Positions 27,151 to 40,900 of a DNA stretch of 63,629 nt are shown in pieces. The stretch is taken from the NCBI GenBank assembly GCA_000934665.2, contig JYFJ02002068.1:1-63629 (forward strand), written 5' to 3'. How positions within the stretch are numbered: the first letter of the stretch is position 1; each line of letters begins with the position of its first letter. The notes beneath the pieces were generated by a model. The model saw only the letters and a list, made by a program, of their open reading frames with translations. It did not search any database and was not told the DNA's origin. Source of the stretch: Catajapyx aquilonaris (taxonomy: Eukaryota). The position numbers were made by a program, and so were the translations under genes.

Positions 27151-30100
27151 TTTTTTCGGTATGATGGCTTCGGGTCTTTTACCATTGCTGAGCGCCCCTG
27201 ATGTTGCTGGATGGGGATGCATTAGTAAGAATGGAAAAAAAGGGGGGTGGGAAGGTAATAAATGATATAAAAGTAGAAATGATCCGGAGCTTCATGGCTG
27301 CACGGGGAAATTATTCCATTTCTTCCAATCGGGGTGTTACGGATGTTGGATGGAGGAAAAAGACCTCATATGCCCCGAACAGAAAAAAAGCCTGTCATCA
27401 CCCCCGCCTTCTTATGGCCCACCTTTTCTCTCCCTCTAACGGAATGAGAACAGGAGAAAAACCCGGGGAATAAACGAAATTAGACTGGCGCGGAACTCAT
27501 GCATTAACAATGTGCAAAAATGGTCCTGCTGGTCAAATTTTTGGACCGTGGGGAAAGAAAAATCCATCGTGTGAACGGCCAGAAATTGTGATTGGATCCC
27601 ATAGACACGCTCTCGTTCAGTCGGCGTAACATTTTAGAAAAACAGAGCATGTAGATGACTTTTACAGCCATTTCTCATGTTGAAATATGACTCGGCAATG
27701 TACGACTTGCTGAACTGTGATTTTGCGGCTATTAGACATTTGACCAGGGTTTGTTGCTATAGCGAGAAAATTGGGCGCATTATTTTTGTGGGCTTGATTG
27801 GAGCGACTGTGTGTGTGGCTTTTCTGTTCCGGACGCAACGTAATCACTTCATTATACGGTGTAGGTGCTGCATGTATTTTAGAGCGCTGTAAGTGCGAGC
27901 TATCTGCCCTGGCCAACGGCACCTTTTCCGGAGATAAGTGCCTATGAAAACGGTCCTTGTCTGCTTTACCCCCCTCCCCAACCCATCCCCCATTTGGCTG
28001 CATGTAATGACCAGGTAGCGTTAATGGCCGCTCGCATTAAAACCCATCGTAATGATACGTGTAAGAGAAATGAAACGAAGCTGCAACAACCCCCAAATCA
28101 ATATTCAGAGATTCGAGTCGTATATTTTGTTTAAAAAATATTCGCACATTTGTACCACCGTGCAACTTTGTAGCTCGTTCGGATGTTCCGGATGAAAGTA
28201 TATGTCTGTCGAAGAAAAAAAGTCTGTGGTGTCGCCCGAGGGTGACAATTGAACCTGGTCCACTGATGGAAAATCCTCCTTTGCTTGAGGGGAAGGTCCC
28301 CCCTCAATCACATGTTGATCCCTTCATCACAAGCCTATTTTTGGGGCTTAGTCCAACACCCCCTGGGCAACGGGGTGGGCCAGTGATTTCCTTGCAAACA
28401 GATCGAGTTACCTGCACGGTGCATTGCACTCCCTGTTGTTATTATTCCATTATTAGGTACGGATGAATAGGTGTAATTGATACATACACATTGTAGACAT
28501 GCTTATTCGATGATGATGTGTACCGTCATCCCTGAGGGGGTCAATAACTCCTGCTTCCATCCCCCCCACACTTTGATGTTGATAGCAACGCTCACTGTTA
28601 AATGGCCAACTCACCCGTTTGAGCGCCAACTTAATCGACTGAAACGCTGCGGCAAATTTGCAATTATGTGCACTTTATATTCGCGTAATTCGCCGTTTGT
28701 TGACTTGTTCTTGAATGCGTTAAATCGTAAAACAATTTATGGATATTGTCGCGCTTCGGCCCACGGGGGGGAGTTTCTCTTTCGAATTAACCCGCCCGCC
28801 AGATTTTGTCATAATTGCTTGTCAGGTCATGCGCAACAAAGGTGGGGACGCAACAATTAATTATTGTGCCCGACAATCTGAGCGAAAAGTGGCACACGTG
28901 CTCTAAATATTTCTGTCGACGTACATGATGTGATTAGTTTCATCATCGGTATTGCAGGCACGGCATCTCCCTCGTCGTCATGCAACGCTGTCTGCCCTCC
29001 CCCCCAGCAGCAGAACTGACCACATATTAATTTAAGAATGGGATGGAGGGAGCAGCATTCAGGGGAACAATTCTGGACCTTTTGGAGTTTGGGAGGGGAT
29101 AGCCAGGGTTATTCGATTGGGGGGTTGTGTCCGGGTGGTTATTCGGTCTGGGCACGGTCATCCGTGACCGGAGACCCAAGCGGGTCCACTAGCTCTCACT
29201 CTCCCTGGGGATCAGCCCCGGAAGAGAGCAGGAATTTATCCGACCTACCTCCCCGGAACTGGCCTTAAATTATGTCCCGGATCCGTGCCCCCCCAACAGA
29301 CACACAGGACCAGTCCACTGCGGCCACATGCTTCTAACACACTGAGCCTCCAACTATCTGTACCGGCACGTACTGTCGATTCAGGACCAACACAACTTCC
29401 TGAAGGAAAAAAAAGAGTAAACGATGAAACAAATCGGCCCCGCTCCCCAATATTTGCGATCAAACATCATCTGCAAAGAGAAGCATCGGCCACAGCATTT
29501 TCTCCGATTGGAAATGAAATATACCTGCTGCTGGACATTGGTGCCCCAGAGCGTAAAGAGCAGCCTTTCATTAGCCCAAGTACAGTGGGAGCCATTGTAA
29601 TATTGAGCAGCTTCAGGGCGGAAACGATGCTATCATGATGCTAGGTGCAAACAAGGCGCCTAACTATTCCTGCCAAACATTCGATACCTGAGTAATATTT
29701 ATTAGGATTATTGCCCTCGGGGTGTGTCAGAAGCACAAAGGCCGCTTTTCCCCTGATTATATACTGTATATCAATGCAAAACCCCACCACCCCCCAGGGC
29801 CCAAAAATTGTATACAATGCAACGCGTTTTACATCACATGCGATGGGATCCCTGATGATAACAATAAATTACATCTAATCGGGGAAACCGGTTTTGAAAG
29901 CCAAACCGTGTCGAAGCGGACCAGTTATTGCCAACTATTTGCGATAGAATCGCTCCTGTTCTATCGATATCTCTCCCCCCAATCGAGTTCCGATGCGCCG
30001 CCGACACAGTTTCCGGCCACGGAAACCGGAATTGGGCGCTACACAACCCCCCTTAAAACCCAGCAAACCAGGGAGGGGGGTCTATATATGTGCCTATAAT

Positions 30101-30350
30101 CGCCTATTCGTGTTGAGGCCTTTTCTGGGCCGATACTTATCGGAAATGCTTAATCGCCTGCTCAGGGGGGGAGGGGGGGGGGTNGGGGGGGGTAAAACTA
30201 GTGTAAACAGAGACATAAATCGACGGTGGGCCTTTTGTCTCCCCGGAATCCTCCACCGGGCACAGGATATCGACACCTCGTTCGTTTTCTGTTGGCTGGC
30301 TCTCTCCCATGCCTCAAAATGGGCTGTGGACGTATTACCACATCTCACAC

Positions 30351-30403
30351 ATAGATGGCGCACACTCTGGTGATGACTAACCGCGGATAGAGCCCCCACC
30401 AGG
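30351..30403 (-). mobile_element. Short degenerate Helitron-like family fragment (copy F)
   Basis: ATAGATGGCGCACACTCTGGTGATGACTAACCGCGGATAGAGCCCCCACCAGG aligns, with one deletion, to the family motifs ATAGTTGGCGCATACTCTG and GGTGATGAGTCACCGCGCGGACAAAGCCCACCAGG. Confidence 0.5.
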
Positions 30404-31614
30404 CTGGTTTTTTTTTTGATTGGTCGTTTGGTTTTCCGAGAGAGATGGCGCGGAGTAAACGTGTCCCGTAATCGACTGTGCTGGTGCCACGCTGGAAAAT
30501 TGAATCTGGGACAGTCCGACTAACAATCTCTCTTCCTCTCTCTCGGTCTTCTCTCTCTTCATTTTCGGGGCGGGAAACTCCTCCCCGCTTTTCCCCTTGA
30601 TGAGATTCCCAGTTCTTTCGTGTATGAGCAAATGGCATTACCTGATTTGTGCTCTCTACCACCCACTCCCCCTCCTCATAGCTCTGCATCCCTAATGTAG
30701 GGTAATTTTGAGGCTATTGATTTTTTTTTACCCTTCCCCCTCAACCCCTCTCTTATTCTCCTTTTTTTTCTCACACACCTCCCCCCAAAAAAGAGAGGGG
30801 GGAAGGAGGAGACACTTTTTTCCCCCCTTTCCTGATTCCAAGAGAGGTCGGAAACCAAGTAACGCCGACTGGGTGAAAATTAGCGGCCTAGTTGATGGCT
30901 AATTGGATCAGAATCTCTAATTCAGGGAGAAAAATCCGGGGACCTCGACACTTTCTCTCCGGATACTCCAACTCATTATTTTCTCTCCTTTTTTTCTCAT
31001 TTATTTACTAGTCCAGGCCACGGAAACTTATACTGTTGTGCATCCAGATGGAAATTGTGTCACATATTGTCCTAAAATTCGGTTTTTTGGTTCTTTTCGA
31101 ACATACCGCGCCATTTCATCAACTCCATCTATGATGCATATCCGGAAGCGCCAGCCTCTGATTAGGCCATGCCAGCTACCGCCATCCGTGGCGTATACCG
31201 GAACTACCTGAACAACCCCACGATTCCCTGCTTCCTCACAAAAGTGCAGTTTTCGCACTTTTCTCTCAGATACGGGCAGGTTTGCCATCAGTGTGACAAG
31301 TGTCAGTGCTCTCAGAAGTGTGGAAGTGTGTTAGGTAGCCCGGACAAACATATGTATACAAACTGTGCCGTTTATTATTCTGGTTTCTGGTTTGAAGCAA
31401 ACTCAGCTATGAAACAACTGATTGGTACGTGATCGTTGAGAAAGTGGTAGCAACAATAATCATAATCATAATCGCAATAGTTTTTCTCTGAACCCGTTTT
31501 CCAAGTGGAATGATTGGTGGAGGTGCTGATACGGGATGAAATGAAAGGTAATTTTTCACACGGGCAAGATATCAGGAGAAATAATTAGTCGGTCGGCTGA
31601 TAGGTTGATCGATC

Positions 31615-31640
31615 AAGCAAGCAAGCAAGCAAGCAAGCAA
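31615..31640 (+). repeat. (AAGC)n microsatellite
   Basis: About six consecutive AAGC units. Confidence 0.9.
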
Positions 31641-34600
31641 GGTCTAACACCACTTGATTAATTCGTACATCGGTCTGGTTGATGGCGAGCAAGGAATTAC
31701 ACCGCTCGTTTTCTCTTAAGCCGGCTTCTATGTCCGACAGCTTCCCATCAAAAGTTTTATTATTAAAACTCATTCTGGGAGAACATGTAGATATAAGGGC
31801 CAGATATGCAGGCACGGAATAGGAAAGGCGATGATGTCAGGGGGGAGAGTGGAGAGACTTGTTCTGGCTGATGGGGAAACTACCCAACTTTTTCACGTTT
31901 TATACACTTTGCTCTCTGTTTATCCCCACCGCGGATGTTGTCAGTATTTTACACACACAAAAAAAATTTCTACATGGTCTGGAAGTCGGTTTACATGTGT
32001 GTAATTAGCTGGCTCTTAACACATTATGATTAAAGCTGCAGCTCGTGAGAATGAATGGGCGTTGTGTAGTACTGTGGTGTAATCAGTAATGAGCAGGAAT
32101 TCCAACCCAGTGTTCAGCACTCGCATGAGTTATTGCGTGCTGAGACATCAAGATTCCAATGAGTTAGAAAAAAAAAACAAAGTGTCTCCCATGCATGCTT
32201 GTCAACCGTACACACACATTGCGAGCAAATTGGCCCACACTTTGCAATAAAATACTGGGCCATTTTTTGAGCTGGACCCGATGTGGAACTGGCTTAGCAC
32301 GCAAAGAGGCCGGTTTTTCATGCTGGCCGGTTTGCAGGCATTAAAATAAAACCTGTTATTGAAAGGAAGGAGGGGGTGGAGTTGGGGGAGCCATTGGGCC
32401 GTCGCGACGCTTATTATTCCTGGCAGTTTGAAACGGGAGTGTTTCCCAGGAAGGGATCATTAGGCCCATGAAGAGTATACGCCAGATCGTGCAGACTGCT
32501 CGTAACGTTTGACACAATGGGACTCGTGTGCTAAACGACGATTCATGCCATGTGCACCTCTAGTAGGTTAGGTTAGGTTAGAAGCTAACCTCATCTATTC
32601 CTGTATAGGCTGTAGAAAAGGGCAAAATCTAGCCAGTGGTTTTTCTCCCCAATTTCTTTGTGGATTTGGGTAGCCTTTTGCCTCCTCTTCCTCCTAGAGA
32701 GTTGGGGGTCTGCCTTTCCCCGAGAGTGATCGATGCTTCCCAATGAGAAAAGCGAGGCTATTGACTGCCGCCTGGCGTCGTGGCCTGAATTGGGATTAGA
32801 TCAAGAGTGCACAATCCCTGGGCTGGCGGTGGAGGCGATGGGCTCACCCAAAAAACCCCTGCCCCAAACTTTTCGACTCATCCTTTTCTTCACCCTCCAA
32901 AAAAACGGCTTAAATCCCAAACACAAACTGGATGACCTCACCATTGCATTTTTAATATCAGAGACGCATGACCTATCCTCTCTGGCTCTGTATATTCTAG
33001 GGATCCTTCTAGACACGGTGTCGAATGACCCCCGCGGGGCAGGATATCCCCTCCATTGGACCTCCCTCGTGACAAATGGCCTCTGCGGAGATGGTGCGTG
33101 GTACGGCGCCTGTTTGTTATATGGAGGGGGAAGAAGGAAACGGTCTTGTGCTTCGGAATCCCTTCTTCCTGTCGGAGGATCAACCTGGGGGTTGCAGGAC
33201 ATAATGCAGCCCGCGATATTGGGAACTAGGAGGCCATATGCGGCTCCCCTTCCAACTTGAGGAGGACACACTTGGGGGGACAAATTCTGGTACAAACCGA
33301 CAACACAACAACGTCGCGCATTTTCCGAGCGTATCAGCACCTGAGATCAGCCGCTCCAATTTTTTGTTTGCGCGATAACAATTGGCAATAAACAAGGGCC
33401 GGCAACATTGTCAAAGGCTGGGGTGGTTGACCAATCCCTAAATCGCCCCTGCAGAATAATCCTCGGCCGCCATAAAAGGTAAAATTTTGCACAGGAAAAA
33501 AAGAGAGACTTTATGGCCCCCCCCTAGGTTGGCACCATAAACGCAGGCCAGGATTTGACTGGAAATCACTAGGTGTGTCCACAATATTACACACTCCCAT
33601 CGCATATTTTAGTCAGGGAGGTTATCATATTTTTATTGCCATGTTGTTTCGGCGCACGCTTTTTTTTGGCGGGGTTTGTGCCGCAGTGAGTTGTCACACG
33701 ACCCCTTGACACCGCGAGGCCCTGCCTGGATGATGACTCCGCGTCCATTCGTGGTGACGTTGGGATTTTTGCGTATGTTTATCTCACCCACGAGGACGCC
33801 CCGGGTGTGACGTCGCTGTTTCGGCGTCAATCCTCCGCCCTGTTATCTCTCGTTGCCTGGCTTGCCACCGATGACAACTCTATTCACAACGGGATTTCTT
33901 GCCCACCAGCAGACATCACCCCTCTAGTGGAATCACTGTCGATAAATTACGGCCGGATTTTTTTAGTAGCTGACAATGCGACAATGTAGGTTTACTTATT
34001 TAAAAAAAAAAAGGTGTGCAGTGTGTCCGACCCAACATTACCTGGGGGGGAAAAAGAAGGCGATTTTAGAGCATAATTCCAGGGGTGTAAACTTGCGCCA
34101 GTGTGTGTTTGCCAACCATCAAAAATGTAGGTCTTTGGCAGCTACAGCAGCGTCCGGGGCTATATTATTATACCGTACTGTTATGTGCATGAAAAAAAGA
34201 GCTGGGTATATACTAGGTAAAGAGTCGTAATAAAGCAAGGGCCGAAAGGGCGTGGTGAGAGGGCCATTTGGCAGGTGTGAAGCAGGTGATTCCGGGCGCC
34301 CAAAAGGTGTACATCGGACTTGATGGCCTGCCCTGTATCCCTTATCACCACAGCACGTATCCTCCCAAATGTCCTCTTGTCTTCTTGGAGACAAAAAAGG
34401 GGACCGGTCCTAAAAGGACACCTTTGGGACCCACTCGCATGCACATACAAGAACAGCTCAGGTCACACTATATAGATGCATTGTTGGTGTCCACTGGTCA
34501 GAGATTGGATTGTTGTTGTTGTCCCGAGCAGCGAAAACAAGTGTTGTTGAGCAGCGGATGTGGAGCCCAGCAAGAGCCAGTGGTCGAATCCTAACGGAGC

Positions 34601-37600
34601 CCCAATGTAATTTCGTTTCTCCTGGAGGCCATAAAACGTATTTTAAAGTTGGGCGTACCTGCTGCCCCGGATGGTGAGGAGGAGGAGGAGGGGTAAAACC
34701 CTCGTGAGACCAGGTGCTGGATACCTTCATCCAATTTGGGCATTTATCCCATCCACTCTGCCCCCGCTCTCTTTCTGCTCACGTCCACCGCACCAGCCCT
34801 GCATGACCAGCCAAAGAGAAACTTGTGAGCCAGAGAAAAAAAAGGGCGGAAGAAGAGACGGGAAAAAGAGAGTCTCTCTCTCTGTGATGCTGTGCTGAGA
34901 TGATTCAAGCGATGGAGAATTAGAAGATGGAAAAAAAAAATCTTGCCGTACTGTTGGAGTGTTTGTCCACGTGCTTTCCTCTTTTTTCCCTATTCCGTCC
35001 TGTCCAATCGGAAGGAGAAAAACTGATTTGTCTCGGAACAGTCGCGCCCTCCTCCGTATTGATTTGGTAATTCGTCTCTTCAACTTCTTTTTCTGTAGCA
35101 AAACTCTCTCGTTCTCTGCTGCTGCTCTCCCCCCCTTCAGCTTGGCAGACGAGAAGAAAAATGAGTCCTGGCACCTCCAACTGAGCAGAAATGTGTCTTC
35201 CGGAGCAGTAAACATGGGCGACAGATTTAGTGACGGAGCCATTTGGGGTGCTAATGTATGAGTTTACAATAGTCTTTCATTATAGAGAGTACTGTACTCT
35301 CCCCAGCAAAGTGGTATTGGAATTGCTGGTGCATTGCAGGGGAAGGGGGCAAATTAATCGCCCGAGGACCAAAAACAGGAGAGTTAATTCCTATATATGC
35401 CCCAATGTTGCCTCGCAACATACCTGGAGATGGCTGCAGTGCCTGCTTCGACACACATTCGCATATCAGTATCCGCAACAATCTGGCATTGCAGTAATGA
35501 TAGTAGCAGCACTGATTGCCTTTCTTCGGCTGCTGCCCCTCTCTTTTTTTTCATTTCCTTTCCTTCCATCTCTATCCGCTTTATTGATTTCTCTTGGCTG
35601 CTACCCCGAGGATTGCTTCTGGCTCTTTCATTTTCGGGGAGGGACCAAAAATGCCTGCGAGAATGCTTGGCTTTGTCCCTGGCCATGACTTGGCACTTCA
35701 TATGAGTGTAAGCCCCCCACTTTGTAGTAAGAAAATTCCAAGCCTGGATCCTTGGAGATGCAGCTGCTGCCTTAATTATTTCGTCGATTACCGTTGGCAC
35801 CATTTTTTTTTCTTCTCGCCCATTCTTTTGCTGTTGTTGAACCTCCTGCAGCAAGCCTTGAAGCGGGCCCGTAATTAAGTAAATCTGTGTTGGGGAGCCC
35901 CAGCAGCATCCCCCGCCAATGAAAATGCGGCTGCGAATGAGTAAGCCTTGTCAAGAGACGTGTAAGATGAGCCCAGAAAAAAAATTAATTAGTGGTTGGT
36001 GATGGTGTTTTGCACCTCCGAGGAATGTGGCGTCTGCAGATTACAAGGGAGGGGAAAGAAAAAGTGTTGATGAAAAAGCCAATCTTGGCTGTTCACTTTT
36101 GGTCCAGAAGAAATCACGGAATATGAGATGCATCAGTGTCCATTTTCTCCTCTCTTTTTTGGGGGGGAGAATAGCTCTTTTTTTTCTCTATCGCTTCTCT
36201 ATTTTATTGAGTTGTCCCCATCCTCCCAGTTGTAGCCGTTAGCATTCCGGGCCTGTGCATCCTCTCCTTTTATTTTCGGTCCAGCTGATATGGCGGCCCG
36301 GTCGTTTGGAGGAGTGATCTGATTAGGCCAAATTGAAGCCAAGGGAAAGAGCCGATCGTCTCACAAAAAAAAGAAAAAGAAAAGAACGGTCCTTCCATTT
36401 GACCCACGTCCATTTTGGACCGCTGCTGGTTACAGTATACCCAGAAAATGTCGGGGAAGCTGAATGGACATCATTTACGAGGACATTTCTTGCCAACGCC
36501 ATTACGGTCGGACGGACTCTTCCGACGTTGACAATCCTTACAAGAGAGTTATTGAATGGACGGTACAAGATTATTTCGATCCCATGTAGCCCCCGGCGAG
36601 AATAGTCTTTTTGCACGGAATCGGAAGCCATCTTGAAGGAGCGCCTATTAATAGACGCGCAATTATGAAGGCAGGCAAGTTAGCGTAGTGCTTGACAGGT
36701 CATTAGGAAAAGGGCCGCTTGGGAGGACCCTAGGGTCCCAGTGGCGTGACGGAAAGTTAGAGCCAGAAACCACCACAACTTGCCTGATTTGATTTGGCCA
36801 AAGGCATCCTGACACTATATGTTTTATATATCGAAAAAAGCGATGCTAAAATCAGGTGCAGGGTTTGATTACACGAGCAATTGTCCACAATAGTTTCCTT
36901 AGGCCCTCCTCTGCTGCGTCGCCCTTTCTTCACCTCCCTTCGATAGTAATGAGACACCATTCTGAATGAGTAATTGGGAGCCAATGCCAGGGTAATTAGC
37001 TGTGCTGGGTCCGAATATAGACACATTTTGGAATGGGAAGCGAGAGAAGCATTTTGGCAAATTGATGCAAGAGCCGCGCGCTTCTTCTTATATTCTGCAA
37101 ATGAAGCAAAGCATGGCGCTAATTTATATCGTGCTGCTGGGAGTGGGTTGGGATGGGAGAGAAAAAGAGCTTTCTGGAATCTCTGCTAGCGATTGTGATT
37201 TCCCACGATGCCTGCCACTTCTCCTTTTTTTCCGATTGTCAGAGGCCAATCCAACTCTGATTATTTATTGAGACTGACTCCTGCTGCAACATTTGTCTGC
37301 CGCCTAGGGAAGTCAACCTCATTTTGTGCACAGGGAGTTTCGGGACATCATGATGTGTGCACAATTTTGCCGAAATAGCACAGGGAACGTAGCTTAGGGT
37401 TGCAGATTCAAGTACCTACCGCCTTTGGGCTCCTCGTTAGCGATCCTAACTAATCAAGCAACCGTCCTCCGACCATCGTTGAAGTCAACATGCTGATGGC
37501 CTCAAATAGCTGCAGGAACTTTGCTTTATAAAATTCGCCAATGCCCCCTCCGATTTTTTTATAGAACAACCAAAAAATGGTGGTCCTTTGCTCCTTCCGG

Positions 37601-37797
37601 ACCCCAGCATCTCCCTGCAGCACTGTCGCTTCAAAGTTAGCTCCTGCTGATTAGTGCCCTTTGCAAAGATATTCCGCAAAGTCAAAGTGTTTTTGTTTGC
37701 TCCCGATTGGTTTGGTAATCGCTTTGAATTGTGGTCTTTCAGAGAGTGCGCTGGTGAGTGCTTTGTGAGGTAGTGACATCACCCAGCCTGCATCACC

Positions 37798-37915
37798 ATG
37801 GTGCGATTGGGGATGGGTCACGCCACCTGGAGGATGAACCCTCACCTGATGGCCACCTCATCTCTCCTGGCCTTCCTCCTGATGGTCGTCACTGCCGTCA
37901 AGCAACTCAAAACAG
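37798..37915 (+). CDS. Probable first coding exon, signal-peptide-like N-terminus of a secreted or membrane protein (partial CDS)
   Basis: Strong start context CATCACCATGG. Translates to MVRLGMGHATWRMNPHLMATSSLLAFLLMVVTAVKQLKT+G with hydrophobic core LLAFLLMVVTAV, and ends at a near-consensus phase-1 donor CAG|gtaagg. A candidate acceptor TCTTTCAG| gives an exon start at 37743. Confidence 0.65.
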
Positions 37916-40900
37916 GTAAGGACATTTGTGCCAAAAAATAAAATTCGCGATAATGTGTACAGCGTGTGTGTACAAGGGTTATAAATTGATGGACGGGAGG
38001 TAGGGGCTTGTTGTCGGTTCGTGTCGATTGGCGGTGATTGCAGTCGACACGTTGGCTTTGCCGCTGTGCACACCCCGTTGCGTACCACCAACTGTGAAAT
38101 TGCGCTATTCCATCACCGCACTCTATTAGTTGCCCGATGCTGCTGCCAACACCCGGGGACAATGCGGAAAACACCTTTGCATTATTATTCACACCACAAA
38201 AAAAAATCCAGCGGATATATTAATTACCTTAATATAACTGGTGGCGCCACGAGTCGAAAGCGGCAAAAGAGCGAACCATCACTTTCATTCTGTTGCCGCC
38301 GTCGGATCGTGGCGCCACAAGTACGACATCATTAATGTCCGGCGCACGCCATATGTGAAGCATTTCTGTTGCAAAATCATTGCGTTCAGAATCACCGAGC
38401 CAAGTAAGACCCTCTTGCGTGGTAAACCCGCTGTAATTATTATTTGCACGCGTTTTTATTTAGTCCCCCCGATTAATCACCCTGTTGTAATTACGCTCGC
38501 AATTTCACGACTCTATTTTTAGGCAGCATTAGTTCATATCTGATTATTATTAATGATTGTAGTCATCACCAGCAGCTGCCGACATTAACTGTTAATTAGA
38601 TAATGTCATCGACTGGTAATACATACATTATGGAAATTGTATTAAATTATCTGGCAGTATATATGCACTCTACGTGCGACACTTTATATTGTTGGGCCCC
38701 AATTTTTTTCCCCTGGCTTCTCCGCCGTACAGTACATGCTATACCCCCCGAAATGACCTGCACAGATAATTACAGCGCATTTCTTGACACTTCATACCGG
38801 GGATTATTCGCACTGCATGGTGCGGCAAAGTCTGCGGAATAATAAGGTGCAAAAGTGCATCCCCAGCACATTTGGCCCTGTATTATTTTTCGTGGTGTTA
38901 TTATTTGGCGAAACAAATGCTGCAAAAAAAGACGGGATTGTTTCCCAGCATAATTGCATGTCCGGAGCTAAAGAGCTGCGTCACTTTGATATATAGGCTC
39001 TGTTGTTCTAGCGTAATTGTCCGAATTTTTTTTTTCGCAATCTTCCGGGAGAAAAATGTATTCTGGAAGCAGGAAATCATGTCAGACTCTCGTCGTATAT
39101 TTTATGCTGTGTTTGTCCTGGCACTCACTTAGCGACTACCTTTTTTTTTGTTAAGGCTGCATTGTACTAAGCTGAGTTTGGTTCTGGGCTACTTTGGAAG
39201 GGCCCAGCCTGTTGAAATTTTGATCAGGCCCCGCGAAGGTATGGTGTTTCTGGCTCATTTTTGTAGCCCTTGCGGGCCTAATAAACTGGGAGCGTGCTTT
39301 CGGTCTATTGGGTTCCATTATCTAGCTGGGGGGGTTGTTCCAGCGGGGATTGGGGGCTGGGTGGGTGGGTAGGGGAATCTTCCCAACCCCAGGTCGAAAT
39401 GAATGATCAGGTGGAATACCGCTTAGTAATTAATCCGGGTGAAGCTTTGCCAGGTGAAATGGAGGTTGGCAGACGTTTAGAAAAATATGAACTTTGCAAG
39501 CCCCCCGGATGGAGTCCATAGGGGATGAGACCGGATCAAAAAAAAAAGTCTGCCTGTTGCTCCAGTTTAATGTGGAAAGATCTCTGGCTTTTCAAATTCA
39601 GAACACGGTCAAGTATACATACGTCGACAGGCCGAATGAAATTAGCGGGGGGGCCTCCAGATTGCTAGAAATATTGGAGCTGGCGGTACAGGGAAAGAAA
39701 AATAATTTGGACTGGGAGTATGTCATTGAATTACAAATTTAAAGGGGGGGGGGGGAAGAGGAGCAGCCTTAATGAAATCTGGGGCTACGTGTTTCAAAAA
39801 AATATTGCACAGGAAACGCACCACGGTTTCAATTATCTTTCCGGATTTTCCGTTGGCGGTTGATTCGCATATGTTGCCAGGTAGTAAACGTGAATATTGA
39901 GAGTACAGTACAGCCCACAAGCCGATGTATACGACGCAATGTTTCTCTGAAATAGTACGTGACCCAAAAACCAGCTTTATTTTGTGTGTAGAGGACTTTT
40001 GAGAGCTCGAGAAACCGCAGCAATAGTGTCATGAAGATGAGTTAGAGACACCCGGTAACTCAGTAGTTGTGAGATGCTGGGAAATCGTTTGGGTGCCCTG
40101 GATAATACTATTGTCGTGGCAAATGGCGGTCTGGAGAAGAAGAAGAAAAAGAAAAGAGGTGGAATGGAGAGGGTGGGATAGGAAAGAGGGGGGAAAAAAA
40201 GGAAAGAAAGAAGACTGGGCAGGGGTCCCGCAGAGCTCCTCAGCTGATTTAAGAAGATTGGACGGATGCGCAGCTAGGACACGAGCATTCTAACAAATTG
40301 AAGCCGCACAAGATCTAATGCCTGGAGAAAAAGAGAGGAAGCCAATCTTCAAAAAAAAAGAAGAAGAGAGAGACCAGCTCGTAAGCAAGAAAAAGCTTGA
40401 CCTTCTCTAAGTGAATGGATGGGTCCAACATAGTGTTTGGCCATTTTCTGGAGATGCATTTTTTGGTGGGGAGGAGCAGGCAGCGAACAATCGGCTGCCG
40501 GATCGCTCAATAATTCCGTGTTGGGTAGGGGGTTAATCCGGTAGAATCCTAGATGTGCGACCTGCTGGAAAAGTCGGGCCTATTGTGGTGGTTGGGGGGA
40601 GGGAATAATTTGCATATTGAGCCGGGAAGCGGTCAGGACCACAACTCAATCCATTCAGCCGCAATGACCTTTTTCCGGCTCTTTGCATGCATACATCAGC
40701 ATCCTGGAATGCCATACTACTACTGCCTTACTACTATCCAGCAGACTAGGGAAGTTAAAAAAAGGGTCATATCCTCACCTCTTGGGGACTCTAATAACAT
40801 GCAAATCGGTCTCTTCAAAGACCCGCAGCGCTTTTAGTAGTCTGCTGGATATATGTAAAGAATTGACCCGGGGGTTTTATTTATCCCTGATGGGTGACCC

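Noticed and set aside
37766..37774. TGAGGTAGT, matching the 5' end of let-7
   Set aside because: The match stops after 9 nt and I see no precursor hairpin.
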